Source: Eledone cirrhosa | Taxonomy: Eukaryota | Reading direction: 5' to 3' | DNA: 64,000 bases | Assembly: GCA_964016885.1 (NCBI GenBank) | Contig: OZ024740.1 | Location: forward strand, 320,168,001 to 320,232,000 | Shown: piece by piece, positions 25,701 through 38,803 of the stretch | Position numbering within the stretch: position 1 is the stretch's first letter | Layout of the letters: each line of letters begins with the position of its first letter | Program-made: the position numbers and the translations under genes | Notes under the pieces: model-generated | What the model was told of the DNA's origin: nothing | The model's database searches: none | Seen by the model: only the letters and a program-made list of their open reading frames with translations

Positions 25701-26569
25701 GTGATAATCAAAAACTCACACCCAGAGAAGTCGCTCAGCAGTATTACAGTGAATCCCTGGATGAAAAACTGCATGCTTATCAGCAAAACATCATGCATAG
25801 ATATGATGCCAGGAAGCTCCAGAGTGAGAGTAATATAGATAAGGAAAGTAGTCTATCTTGAACCAACAACCGCTATATTGGCTCCCATTTTGAAGGATAC
25901 GCTTTTGTAATCCAAGAACAGAAGATTAACACGAAATACCTGATTCACAAAAGAGATAGGGATGCAGGCAACACACCTAGATGTGATAACAAGTGCAGAC
26001 CCTGCAGAACTAACATCGAGGATATCACCCATGTCATCAGCAGCTGTCCAAATATGTCATCGCGGTACTATCTGCCTATGAGGCATGATGTAGTGGCCAA
26101 AGCACTGTACAATACAGTCCGTATAATAAACACATTAAAAGCTACAGCAATGAGGAAGACATCCACGTACATAATATGAAAGAGTACTGGTGGAATGTTC
26201 CAGTAAAAACCCCCTATAAAATGCAGGCATAACAGACCAGATATTATGATATGGGACAGGTAGAAGAAAGCATGCACAGTAGTGGAAATTAGCTGCCCAG
26301 CAGATACCAATATAATATCAAAAATTAGCGAAAAGGAGAATATTTATGCAGAACTGATGAGAAATCTGCAGATACTCCACCCTGATTACACCTTCAGATT
26401 TATGGCTGTGATTATTGGGGCACTGGGATATGTTAGTAACTGCCTCAATACAAATCTTGAGAAGCTAGGCTTCACAGGAACAGAAAGAACACAACTAGTT
26501 AGGAAATTACAAGTACAATCCATTAATTTACTATTGGTAAAAATTTGTGAAATTATAAAACCAGAAGAA
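22797..26569 (+). mobile_element. R4/Dong-clade non-LTR retrotransposon (RT + CCHC + restriction-like endonuclease), decayed, 3' end internally deleted
   Basis: NYRPIACQN, WLDYKKAF, GIFQGDSLS, FVDDLK, LYLKRKQGGR; CRPC..ITHVISSC, RHD and HNRPDI..VEISCP; flanked by (CATA)n on both sides. Confidence 0.88.
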
Positions 26570-26791
26570 CATACAAACATACAAACATACATACATTCAT
26601 ACAAACATACAAACATACATACATACATACATACATACATACATACATACATGAATCTATACATACAGGCATACAGGCATACAGGCATACAGGCATACAG
26701 GCATACAGGCATACATAGATGCATACAGGCATACATTCACACATACATATATATATACATATATACATACATATATACGTACATACATACA

Positions 26792-26901
26792 TGATGGCTG
26801 CCCCCCTCGTTATCGAGTATGGCCATTGCACGAGAATAAAAAAAATAAATAAATAAATAAAAAATAATAATAATAATAAATAAATAAATTAAAAAAAAAA
26901 G

Positions 26902-26932
<31 letters not shown>

Positions 26933-29900
26933 CACATATACACACACACACATATACACACACACATACATTAATAACAATAATAATAATAATAATAATA
27001 ACAACAATAATAATAACGACAACAACAATAATAATATACATATACATATATATATATACACATACACGCACACACATAAGCATATCTACACACACACACA
27101 CGATAGCAACTAACAGCGCTGCGATCGAATGTGGCTTTTTAGCCCAGCCAATGATCTAAAATGTCTTGCACAGAGTCGGCAACCAAAACATTCACTGGGA
27201 ATAGTCGGCTGTGGTTGGAGTTCGTGTACTTTTGCTTGTCCCTTGAGCCCTCCTGCTGATTTACATTCTCTACCACATGTTTGGCAAGCATGATGAGTAG
27301 CATCTCCAACAGCAGCCTGGTAGTCAACCACTGGTCTTACTTTATGACTGCGAAGATGACTTTCGAGTCCAGCTTTGCTTAGGCAGAGTCTCGCACATAC
27401 GCTGCATGTCAGCACCATAGGAGGACCCTCGCCGTCTGGAAGTGCAACAGCAATGCCCTTCCTCACATCCCGCTTTACTTTCTCGTATGCGATTCGAGAT
27501 ACCTCAAAGGCAACTTTTCCCTCATATACAGTCTTTCTCCATTTATTACGATCAGCAGCAATATTCTCCCATGTATCAGCAGAGATGTTAGCGTCTTTCA
27601 GAGAGGCTTTCAAGGAATCCTTATACCTCTTTTTTGGTTTATGTGGCGGTCGTTTTCCTTTAACCAACTCTCCATAAAAGAGTTGTTTTGGTATTCTAGA
27701 ATCCTTCATCCTGGCAAGGTGACCACTCCAGCGGAGTCGTTGCTTAAGCACAAGAGCTTCTATACTGTCACACATAGAGCTTTCCAAAATCTCGACATCA
27801 CTGATGTGGTCCCTCCAGTGAACGCCATGGATCCGTCTGTGACACATCTGATGGAAACGCTCCAATTGCTTAAGGTGGCGTCGATATATGACCCAGGTCT
27901 CGCAGGCATAAAGAAGACAAGAGAGCACACATGCCCTGTACACCTTTACCTTTGTCCTCCTGCATATGTCTCGCTGACCCCAGAGTCGCCTTTCTAGCTT
28001 TCCGAAAGCATCACTTGCTTTCCTAATCCTAAGTGAGATTTCACTGTCAAGGTTGCCGTATCGATTGACAGTGCTTCCCAGGTAGACAAACTGATCAACC
28101 ACTCCAAGTCGTTTGCCGTACACATAGATGTTTGGTTCAGTGTACTGCTTACCAGGGGCAGGTGGTACATGACGACGGTTTTCTTGAGACTGACAGTCAG
28201 ACCTAGGGCAGTGCAAGCGTCAGAAAATGCATTCAAAATGTGCTGCATATCACTATCTGTGTGCGCTACAAGATCGCAATCATCTGCATACAAGAGGTCT
28301 CTTATGATTGATGTAAACACTTTTGTCTTCGCAGCAAAGCGCCTGGTGTTAAATATGCTGCCTGAGGTTCGATATCGGATGTAAACACCATGCTCGCAAT
28401 TCCTGAATGCAATACAGAAAACCATTGCAAAGTATATGGCAAACAGGGTCGGTGCTGGAATATCCCCCTGTTTCACTCCATTTTTTACTGAGATAGGCTC
28501 CGACATGTTACCCCCGACATTAACCCAAGCCTTCATGTTGTCATGGAAAGACCTAACTAAAGCAAGGAACTTATCAGGGCAACCAAGTTTCTGGAGAACC
28601 TTCCATAATGCATCTCTGTTAACAGTATCGAAAGCTTTTGTCAGATCGACAAAAACCTGATACAGATCCAAGCCTTGTTCCATGCACTTCTCCTGGAGCT
28701 GTCTAGCTGAGAAGATCATATCAGTAGTGCCGCGTCCAGCACGAAAACCAGATTGACTTTCAGGAAGAACACAATCTGCAATGTGTGTCAGCAGACGGTC
28801 CAGAAGCACCCTACATAAAACTTTCCCTACGACAGAAAGCAATTATATACCTCTGTAGTTCCCACAATCGTTCCTGTTACCCTTTCTCTTGTACAAGACC
28901 ACCATTACTGCATCTCTCCAGTCCTCAGGTACGGATTCATTAGCCCATATCCTGCCAAACAAAGAGTGAAGATGTTGCAGGAGTCTCTCACCACCATATT
29001 GTAGGAGCTCAGCATGTATGCCATCCATACCTGGAGATCTTCCACTGTTCAGCTTCGAAATAGCCACTGCAACCTCCACAAGCGTCGGAGGTTCTGCGAG
29101 AGCTACTTTCACAGGACTTTCTGGAATGAGATTGAGGAAATCTTCACTGACGACAGACGGCTGATTCAAAAGATCATCAAAGTGCTCTCGCCACCTTCGT
29201 AGAATTCCTTGTGAGTCACAAAGAAGTTCTTTGCCATCCTTGCTGCGAAGCGGTGTCACCAGAGAAAAAGACGGTCCATAAACCTCACGCAAGAGACTGT
29301 ACAACAGCTTTGTGTTATTGGAATCAGACGCAGTTTGTATCTCACCAGCCTTCTCACTCCACCACTGATCCTTCATCTGAGAAAGACTCCTCCTAACACG
29401 TGATTTTACATCCCTGAGTTCCTCATTCAACGTATTCCTCTCCTGTGGTTTTGCCGTCAAGTAGCGTGACAGACCACGCCTCTTATCAGCCAACAAGTCT
29501 TCTATATGTACATCATTCTCATCAAACCAGTCCTGATGTTTCCTCTGCGCCAATCCCAGAACACGCCTGCCTGCATCATAAACCGACTTTTTAAGGGTCG
29601 GCCAATCCTCACCAAGATCTGCAGCCTGCATCTCTTCTTCCAATGTCCTCTTCACATTTTTATCCTTAAGACGAGCAGCATTCAATCTTTTGGGCAGGGC
29701 AACAGCAGGAGCCCGGATTTTACGTTTAGTGATTAGTTTCACTTTTGCGCGTACCAGGCGGTGGTCCGTCCAGCACTCAGCTCCACGAAGAACACGAACA
29801 CACTGCACATCCTGTCTGTCACGCATCCTGACTAGGACGTAGTCCAAAAGATGCCATTCCTTAGATGCAGGATGCATCCATGCGGTCTTGAATTTGTTCT

Positions 29901-31020
29901 TTTGTTGGAACATGGTGTTGGTAACACACAGATCCAGCTCCTCACACATCTGCAGCAGGAGCATACCATTGCTGTTACACTTTCCCACCCCATGCCTTCC
30001 GATTACATTCCATGTGTTAAAATCTCTACCCAGTCTAGCATTAAAGTCACCAAGCACGATGACTTTGTCTGCCTGAGGAATATTTCTTAAAACACCTTTC
30101 AATGCATGGTAAAAGGACATCTTTTCCTCATCGACAGAACTCATAGTTGGAGCATACACACTCACAAGGGTAGCATATCTTCCTTTGTCCAGCGGAACTC
30201 TCATGGACATAAGACGCTCACTAATCCCTACTGGGAATTCTTCTAATTTGTTCACAAGCACAGTCTTAACAGCAAATCCTACCCCAGCCTCTCTTCTGGT
30301 TCCTTCATCTCTTCCTTTCCAGAAGAATGTATATTCTCCACAAAATTCCGTAAGATGACCATCTCCAGCTAGCCTCGTCTCAGATAAAGCCACGATGTCA
30401 AGATCGTAACGTCGAAGCTCCTTTGCAACAAGAGCGGTCCATCGTTCAGGACGCCCCAAGGAATCCCTGTCAAGCAGCGTCCGTACGTTCCAGCATCCAA
30501 GACTAAATGCCTTGTTTGGCTCTATTACAATGGCACGATGACGAGCGGACCCAGGCTGTGATAACCTGGGGCCCCTGCCCTTATTGCCAATGATCTTTTT
30601 TGTTCCAGAACCTAAATTGCCAATTATCTCTTTTATATTGTTCTGGAACATCATTGAATTGGAAAAAAAAAAAAAAAAAAGTAATAATAATAGTAATAAT
30701 AATAATAATAATAATAATAGTATACTATTAATAATTATTAATGCACTCGTGCAATGCCTGTGCGTGACGAATATTTTTAAAGTGAGGAAAGACTGTGCAC
30801 TGAGCCAATCCCACTCTCTGAGCGACAGTAGCTATAACCTGAAAAGAAGAAAAGATCAACATCATCGGTAACTACTGAGCCGCAGGTTTTATGTCGGAGT
30901 TAACCCAGTTTCCTGAGATGCCTTCTCCTAGAAGAATGCCCTGACAAGGGCTAGGGGTTCTTCACTCCCAGTGGTTTAACTGCGCGATTGGGCATCCAGC
31001 CCGATTATTTCTATGTCACC
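26792..31020 (-). mobile_element. RTE-clade LINE, near full length, two frameshifts; 3' UTR expanded by microsatellites and ending in (TGTA)n
   Basis: WNVRTL, ALSETR, VYAPT, GDFNA, TDH; FVDLTKAFD, GVKQG, LYADD; RLRWSGH; 3' end GGCCATACTCG..GCAGCCATCA(TGTA)n. Confidence 0.92.
27110..30654 (-). pseudogene. RTE APE-RT ORF in three pieces, with three C-terminal C2H2-like fingers
   Basis: ORFs 28843-30654, 27994-28842 and 27110-28216 are collinear. Confidence 0.9.
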
Positions 31021-31162
31021 GCACAAAAAAAAAAAAAAAATCACTTATTGACACTTATACGTACGACATACACACACGCGCATACATATGCGCACACACA
31101 GCAACACTCATACATACAGACAAACACACACACGCTACTCTACTCACTTACACACACACACG

Positions 31163-31268
<106 letters not shown>

Positions 31269-31435
31269 TAGGTAAATATACACGGGTGTGTATCATTGTG
31301 TATAGAAGATTATATTAATAAGAGGAATTCCAACTTTGTCTGATTTACTCGTTTTATTTACAATCCTTTAAAATATATATATAATGGTATTATAATGAAA
31401 TAGTATGATAGAATATTAAATTCTAAGTGTTAATT

Positions 31436-31472
31436 GAACAAGTACTTTCATGCTTTCGCAATCTTCAGGTTC
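31436..31472 (-). ncRNA. Minimal type I hammerhead ribozyme
   Basis: GAAC-CTGAAGA-tTGC gaaa GCAt-GAAA-GTAC-TT-GTTC; palindromic stem III. Confidence 0.7.
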
Positions 31473-32215
31473 ATGATATGTGGTGACAGTCGAGTTTGCA
31501 ATTTTCAGCTGTAATGAGATGGGTAAATTTCCTACCTTTTATACATTTTATACAGAGAAAAGTGGCTCCAGAATGCAAAGCCCTGTAAACTGTATTTCGA
31601 CCAATCAGTGTGTAGTTTCACTGAATTACTACAGCTGATTGGTTTAAGCGTCACGGCTGGTTGAGCATGCTAACGACCAATAGTCATACCCAACGTATCA
31701 ATTGTTTTGCTTTTTGAAATGATGAAAATAGCATTTTCTATTAATCATCACCATTACACAGCCCAAGTGAAATCAAGAGAAAAATCAAAGAAAAGAATTT
31801 TATTGATAAATTCAAACCCAAGCTAAATGAACAATAATAACGCCTAGGGGTATTACTTCTACTACCACTATGACCACGACCACTAACAACAACAACAACA
31901 ACAACAATAATAATAATAATAAAAGTGATGTTGATGGTGATGATTAATAGAAAATGCTATTTTCATCATTTCAAAAAGCAAAACAATTGATACGTTGGGT
32001 ATGACTATTGGTCGTTAGCATGCTCAACCAGCCGTGACGCTTAAACCAATCAGCTGTAGTAATTCAGTGAAACTACACACTGATTGGTCGAAATACAGTT
32101 TACAGGGCTTTGCATTCTGGAGCCACTTTTCTCTGTATAAAATGTATAAAAGGTAGGAAATTTACCCATCTCATTACAGTTGAAAATTGCAAACTCGACT
32201 GTCACCACATATCAT

Positions 32216-32252
32216 GAACCTGAAGATTGCGAAAGCATGAAAATACTTGTTC
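32216..32252 (+). ncRNA. Minimal hammerhead ribozyme, mirror copy with one substitution in stem III
   Basis: gaacCTGAAGAttgcgaaagcatGAAAatacttgttc. Confidence 0.6.
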
Positions 32253-32363
32253 AATTAACACTTAGAATTTAATATTCTATCATACTATTTCATTATAATA
32301 CCATTATATATATTTTAAAGGATTGTAAATAAAACGAGTAAATCAGACAAAGTTGGAATTCCT

Positions 32364-32456
<93 letters not shown>

Positions 32457-32559
32457 CCGTCATTACTGATACAAGATTACAAGATTATGTCAACTGTTGA
32501 CTTTCAAGAGTTTGTATAGTTGAAGCCGATCGTACTACAGTCCAGTATTATTATAATTG

Positions 32560-32700
32560 CTTTGCAGCATAGAGTCACGGCCCTCCACGCTCTGAGCTCA
32601 AATCCCGCCGAGGTCAACCTTGCCTTTCATCTCCACGGAGTCAACAAAAGAGAGTACCAGTGATGCGCTGGGCCAGTCGCTGGATCCGTGCCAAAAGCAG
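32560..32700 (+). mobile_element. Nin-type SINE fragment
   Basis: gagctcaaatcccgccgaggtcaaccttgcctttcatc...gtaccag. Confidence 0.65.
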
Positions 32701-33514
32701 AAAAATTATTATTAAAGTTGTTTTCTTAAGGCCCGGTCGCTGGTGATGGTGATGGCGGCGGCGGTAGTGGTGGTGGTGCCAGTTGATGTTGTTGTTGTGT
32801 TGTGTGCGTGTGTGTGTTTTGTTATTTTGAGTTGTTGTTTTTTTTCTTTCTTTTTTTGCCCTTCTTTTTCTTTTTTTTTTTTGTATCTTTTGATGCCGCT
32901 GTTGTTGTTGTTGTTGTAAATGTTCATTTCAGTTCATTCTGAAGCTGTTGTTGCTGTAAACATTAGTGCCGGTGTTGTTGTTGTAGATGTTGGTGTTGAA
33001 ATCTGGTCGTTTGACTGAGTGATGTATATACACACATATACATACATATATATATATATACACATTAAACAGAGAGTTTGACAACAGGTCGATGACTTTA
33101 GTCTAGATAGGGTAATGACATGTTATGGTGGGGAGAGAGTGTAGAAGTTATTGTAGTGGCGGGGGGACAGTGCGATGTATCTAGTTCACTTGACCGTTTT
33201 TTCTTCTATTTTAGTATATTTTAGCAGAGCAATCCTTATTTATATTTTACATTTTACATTTACTTACATCTCAATATAACATGGCTAAAATTCAAACATA
33301 CATACATACATACATACACACATACATACATACATACATACATACATACATACATACATACATACAGGCATACGCACTTACATACAGGCATACATACATA
33401 CATACAAACAGGCACCCATACATACATACATACATACATACATACATACATACATACATACATACATACATACATACATACATACATACATACATACATA
33501 CATACATACATACA

Positions 33515-34121
33515 TGGTGGCTGCCAACTCGTTTTCGAGTACGGCCCCTACTTTATATCCATGTAGGAGAACCCCTACCGATGCACTGAACGAGTGTGAC
33601 TTTTTAGTCCAGCCAGCGATTTGAAAACTCTGGTACAAACACTACACTTTTGACAATTATTGACACATAGTGCTGGGCCCATGGTACCATCTGACGACAA
33701 GTGCAGAGAGATCTCCAGACATAAAGCAATGCCTGTGCCGTGAAGCTTTTATAGTGAGCAAAGGCACTGCACAAAGCCAGTCCCACTCTCTTAATCAAGA
33801 TGATATTTACCAAAAAGAAGAACAAGTCAACATCATTGGATACCATCAGGGTTGCAGGTGTTATATCAGAGTTTTCCTTCTCCTAGAATTCTGCCTTGAC
33901 AAAGGCTAAGGGGTCATCTCTCCCGGTGATTTTGGATGGCCATTGACTCTTAAGAGCTCCTTTGCCCTTTGACAGGTTTTGTTTTTAGTCCTGCAGGATG
34001 TCCAAAGTCACCCTCCTCACCAAGAAACCTTGGTGGGGTTGCCAGTTTAGTCGCCAACGACCCGACCATGAGACAGGTTGTACTGGGATACATGTTACCA
34101 GTAGCACCAACTGGTGACCTG
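33515..34121 (-). mobile_element. ~600-bp non-autonomous RTE-related retroposon, copy 1, with (TGTA)n tail
   Basis: Four near-identical copies; shares CCTTCTCCTAGAA..GCC.TGACAA.GGCTA.GGG with the RTE 5' UTR (~30920-30960) and a 3' end resembling the RTE 3' end at 26792. Confidence 0.85.
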
Positions 34122-34124
34122 ACA

Positions 34125-34505
34125 TATTTACGGGCGACAAGCCTCTCCGTCTGCTACGCCTTCATCCCTCCTCCGCGGTAATCTTTCAACAATCCCGTCC
34201 GCCTCCGCGCGACCAACCCGCAGCCGCCGCCGCCTTCTTCCTCTCTCTCCTCGCCGCCAACCGAAAGAAGGGCAAGGAAAAACGAAACGAACGCAACGAA
34301 ACGGGCGCAAACCGGCCACCCGACCGACGCTCGAACGTCGAGTCCGACGCCAACGCTACAGCCCCGTACCGGTTCACTGCTTCGCGTACAGACGTGCCGC
34401 GTGACCGATCCCGAGTTTTTGGAAAAAAAACAACAAGACGGCCGACAGGCCGACACACACACACGGCCCGACCGACCCGGTCCTCGGAGCCAATCCTTCT
34501 TCCGA
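34125..34505 (-). rRNA. 28S rRNA fragment (non-functional): conserved core entering a GC-rich expansion segment
   Basis: Minus strand TCGGAAGAAGGATTGGCTCCGAGGACCGGGTCGGTCGGGC closely resembles the eukaryotic LSU core TCGGGATAAGGATTGGCTCTAAGGGCTGGGTCGGTCGGGC (recalled, not searched); only CpG-rich non-TE segment in the window; left boundary approximate. Confidence 0.75.
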
Positions 34506-35637
34506 GTATGGCCCTTCCGCGAAAAAAAAAACCATAATAACGACAATAATAATAACAATAATAATAATAATGATAATAATAAAATATATATATACATACA
34601 CACACATACATACACATTATACATATCTATATATACATCCAGTATCGTCCTCAAGTTGCTTGACGTATGTCTTCTTGGGACGACCAGCGTTTCTTGCTCC
34701 ATGAGATGGACTCCATAACAACACATCTTGAGGACGATACTGGATGCACTGCGGAAGAACTGGCAAACGCTATGAGAGATAGAGATAGATTGAGGAAACG
34801 TGTCGTAGAAAGCCGAGCAAGCTCGACCTGATGATGATGATGATGATATATACATATACATACACACAATAACAATTAACAGTGTTGCGATCGAACGTGG
34901 CTCTTTAGCCCAGCCAATGATCTAAAATGTCTTGCACAGAGTTGGCAACCAAAACATTCACTGGGAATAGTCGGCTGTGGTTGGAGTTCATGTACTTTTG
35001 CATGTCGTTTAAGCCCTCCTGCTGATTTACACTCTCTAACACATGCTTGGCAGGCATGATGAGTAGCATCTCCAACAGCAGCCTGGTAGTCAACCACTGG
35101 TCTCACTTTATGACTGCGAAGATGACTTTCGAGTCCAGCTTTGCTGGGGCAGAGTCTCACACAGACGCTGCATGCCAGCGCCATAGGAGGACCTTCGCTG
35201 TCTGGAAATGCAACAGCAATGGCCTTCCTCGCATCCCTCTTTACTTTCTCGTATGCGATTCTTGATGCCTCAAAAGCAACTTTCCCCTCATATACAGTCT
35301 TTCTCCATTTATTACGATCAGCAGAGATGTTAGCGTCTTTCAAAGAGGCTTTCAACGAATCCTTATACCTCTTTATTGGTTTATGTGGCGGTCGTTTTCC
35401 TTTAACTAACTCTCCATAAAAGAGTTGTTTTTTTGTATTCTAGAATCCTTCATCTTGACAAGGGACCACTCCAACGGAGTCTTTGCTTAAGCACAAGAGC
35501 TTCTATACTGTCACACAGAGAGCTTTCCAAAATCTCGACATCACTGATGTTGTCCCTCCAGTGAACGCCATGGATCAGTCTGAGATACATCTGATGGAAA
35601 CGCTGCAATTGTTTAAGGTGGTGTCGATATGTGACCC
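34502..35637 (-). mobile_element. 5'-truncated RTE copy 2 (zinc-finger C-terminus and 3' UTR)
   Basis: ORF 34876-35355 nearly matches the C-terminus of 27110-28216. Confidence 0.9.
34636..34847 (+). mobile_element. Short 3' fragment of another LINE with (GAT)n tail and inverted 5' part
   Basis: Plus strand LEDDTGCTAEELANAMRDR..SRASST*; minus strand GRPKKTYVKQLEDDTG; atatacat on both flanks. Confidence 0.7.
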
Positions 35638-35649
35638 TTGTACAATACA

Positions 35650-36256
35650 TGGTGGCTGCCAACTCGTTTTCGAGTACGGCCACTACTTTATATCCATGTA
35701 GGAGAACCCCTACCGATGCGCTGAACGAGTGTGACTTTTCAGTCCGGCCAGCTACTTGAAAACTTTGGTACAAACACTACACTTGTGATAATTATTGACA
35801 CATAGTGCTGGGCCCATGGTACCATGTGACGACAAGTGCAGAGAGATCTCCAGATATAAAGCAATGCCTGTGCCGTGAAGCTTTTATAGTGAGCAAAGGC
35901 ACTGCACAAAGCCAGTCCCACTCTCTTAACCAAGATGATATTTACCAAAAAGAAGAACAAGTCAACATCATTGGATATCATCAGGGTTGCAGGTGTTATA
36001 TCAGAGTTTTCCTTCTCCTAGAATTCTGCCTTGACAAAGGCTAAGGGGTCATCTCTCCCGGTGATTTGGGATGGCCATTGACTCTTAAGAGTTCCTTTGC
36101 CCTTTGACAGGTTTTGTTTTTAGTCCTGCAGGATGTCCAAAGTCACCCTCCTCACCAAGAAACCTTGGTGGGGCTGCCAGTTTAGTCGCCAACGACCCGA
36201 CCATGAGACAGGTTGTACTGGGATACATGTTACCAGTAGCACCAACTGGTGACCTG
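35650..36256 (-). mobile_element. Non-autonomous RTE-related retroposon, copy 2
   Basis: Near-identical to copy 1; TACAATACAT direct repeat at 35641-35650 and 36257-36266 (TSD-like). Confidence 0.85.
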
Positions 36257-36329
36257 TACAATACATACATACATACATACATACATACATACATACATAC
36301 ATACATACATACATACATACATACATACA

Positions 36330-36360
<31 letters not shown>

Positions 36361-36452
36361 GCAAAAACCAAACAGAAATAACAAAGCAAACGACACAGTA
36401 CCATGAAGAAATATATTATTAGTCTTACGCTTGATATAGTAGGAAAAGAGTA

Positions 36453-36485
36453 TTAACGTTTCGGACGCTAATACTTCATCAGAAG
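36453..36485 (-). ncRNA. Degenerate hammerhead core in a probable Penelope-like terminal-repeat fragment
   Basis: cttCTGATGAagtattagcgtccGAAAcgtTA; stems I and II poorly paired. Confidence 0.35.
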
Positions 36486-37159
36486 ATAGAATGCGAAATT
36501 AAAGAAGAAATAGAAAGATAGAGGAGACTTGGCAGTGGCAAAAACGAAAAGAAATTCATGGGAAAAAACAGGCCTACTCACGTCGCCATCTCTTGGAAAA
36601 CTGTTGATGCTGGCGTTGTTGTATAAGATGATCCTATTTTAAAAGGCGGTAATCGCACTCGTCTACCTGAGAAAGAAAAAATTCGTTTTGTATATCGAAC
36701 GTGTACGTATGCGCGTGCGTACATGTTTGTGTGTGTGTGTGTGTTTGTTTGTTATTCGTCTTACGAAGCTAAGAAGATATGTGTGCGTATATGTAAGTTT
36801 AAGAGATTGCACGTGTGTGTTTGCATGTACGAAGCTGTGAGCATATGTATGTGTATATAATTTCTACCTCGACTTTCACCCCACATCCTACTCAGCTACC
36901 ACCACTGAACCAATCCTTACCCGCTCCTCTCGCGGGTGACCCTCTATTCCATTCTCTCTTAAATCCGTTCTCTCGAGAAAGATCTCCCAAATGCCTACCT
37001 CCTTCTTTCCTTAACTTGCCAAACCTATCGTCCAGTTCATCCTCCACCTCAATCGTCTTCTCTTCAATGTTCTCACCTCCATCAAGAAACAGAAACTTAA
37101 CAAACTCAGCTCCCTTTCTACCACCAACACACATACCCAACTCAAATCCAGCCCTAACC

Positions 37160-37330
37160 CATACATCCATACATACAAAGATACATAGGGTCATACATAC
37201 ATGAAATATATACACACACGCATACATACACACATACATACACACATACATACATACATACATACATACACACATACATACATACATGCATACATACATA
37301 CACACACACACACATACATACATACATACA

Positions 37331-37364
<34 letters not shown>

Positions 37365-37825
37365 CATACATACATACATACATACATACATACACACATA
37401 CATACGTACATACAAAGATACATAGGGTCATACATACATGAAATATATACACACACGCATACATACACACATACATACACACATACATACATACATACAT
37501 ACACACATACATACATACATACATACATGCATACATACATACACACACACACACATACATACATACATACATACATACATACATACATACATACATACAT
37601 ACATACATACATACACACATACATACGTACATACAAAGATACATAGGGTCATACATACATGAAATATATACACACACGCATACATACACACATACATACA
37701 CACATACATACACACACACACACATACATACATACATACATACATACATACATACATACATACATACATACATACATACATACATACATACACACATACA
37801 TACATACGTACATACAATCATACAT
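37160..37825. repeat. Compound (CATA)n array with a three-copy higher-order unit of ~220-240 bp
   Basis: Marker CAAAGATACATAGGGTCATACATACATGAAAT recurs at ~37176, ~37413 and ~37634. Confidence 0.9.
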
Positions 37826-38028
37826 ACAGACAGTACAAACAAACAGTATATAAAGTATGTATATACATCGGAATTCATTCTTGCTGAAATCACTAGATGA
37901 TCATGGCTGCTGAAATAAGTGTAGACTTGTACATTAGTTGCTGTTATTGTAGGGCTTCATAAAATCCTGGTTAAATTTCCTCACAAAACTTAATATATAT
38001 TATCTATATATAAATATATGTATATATA

Positions 38029-38183
<155 letters not shown>

Positions 38184-38690
38184 CACATATATATATACAT
38201 ATATATATATATCATATATATACATATATTTATATATAGATAATATATATTATATATACATATATATAAATATATATAATATATAATATATAATAATATA
38301 TATGTATATATATTATATTTTTATATGTACACATATATTATGTTTTATATCAACACACACACACACGCACACACACACACACATACATATGAATATATTA
38401 TTCATCATTCAGAAAGTATTATTCTCTTATGACACTATTACTGTGCTTGCTTTTTATCGATACTTAAACTACAAAACTACTAATATTTCTTTTAGGTAAA
38501 TCCAGTAATTGTATGCGATGCTCTATAAGAGCGAGAACTACTAGTTTTAGTTTCAGAACCTATAATTTCTTTATTAACTACCTTAAGATCTTGCGTTGGA
38601 AAATCCCTCGTGCTAAGAGACAAGTAGATTTAATAACAATAGTTTTAACTGTAATTTATACAAGAATATATTCATACGTAAAAAAACTAT

Positions 38691-38803
<113 letters not shown>

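Larger units (their letters stand above)
31318..32368. mobile_element. Penelope-like element remnant: ~435-bp near-perfect inverted repeats around a ~180-bp spacer
   Basis: Arms ~31318-31754 and ~31935-32368; spacer encodes ..KNFIDKFKPKLN, resembling a GIY-YIG ORF C-terminus; each arm has a hammerhead core. Confidence 0.75.

Noticed and set aside
34125-34505. CpG-island promoter of a host gene
   Set aside because: Better explained as a 28S rRNA-derived fragment because of the conserved LSU core match at its right end.
36892-37160. Non-repetitive ~90-aa open frame on the minus strand (WVRAGFELGMCVG...)
   Set aside because: No recognisable motif or clear splice sites; the ORF is extended only by adjacent microsatellite.
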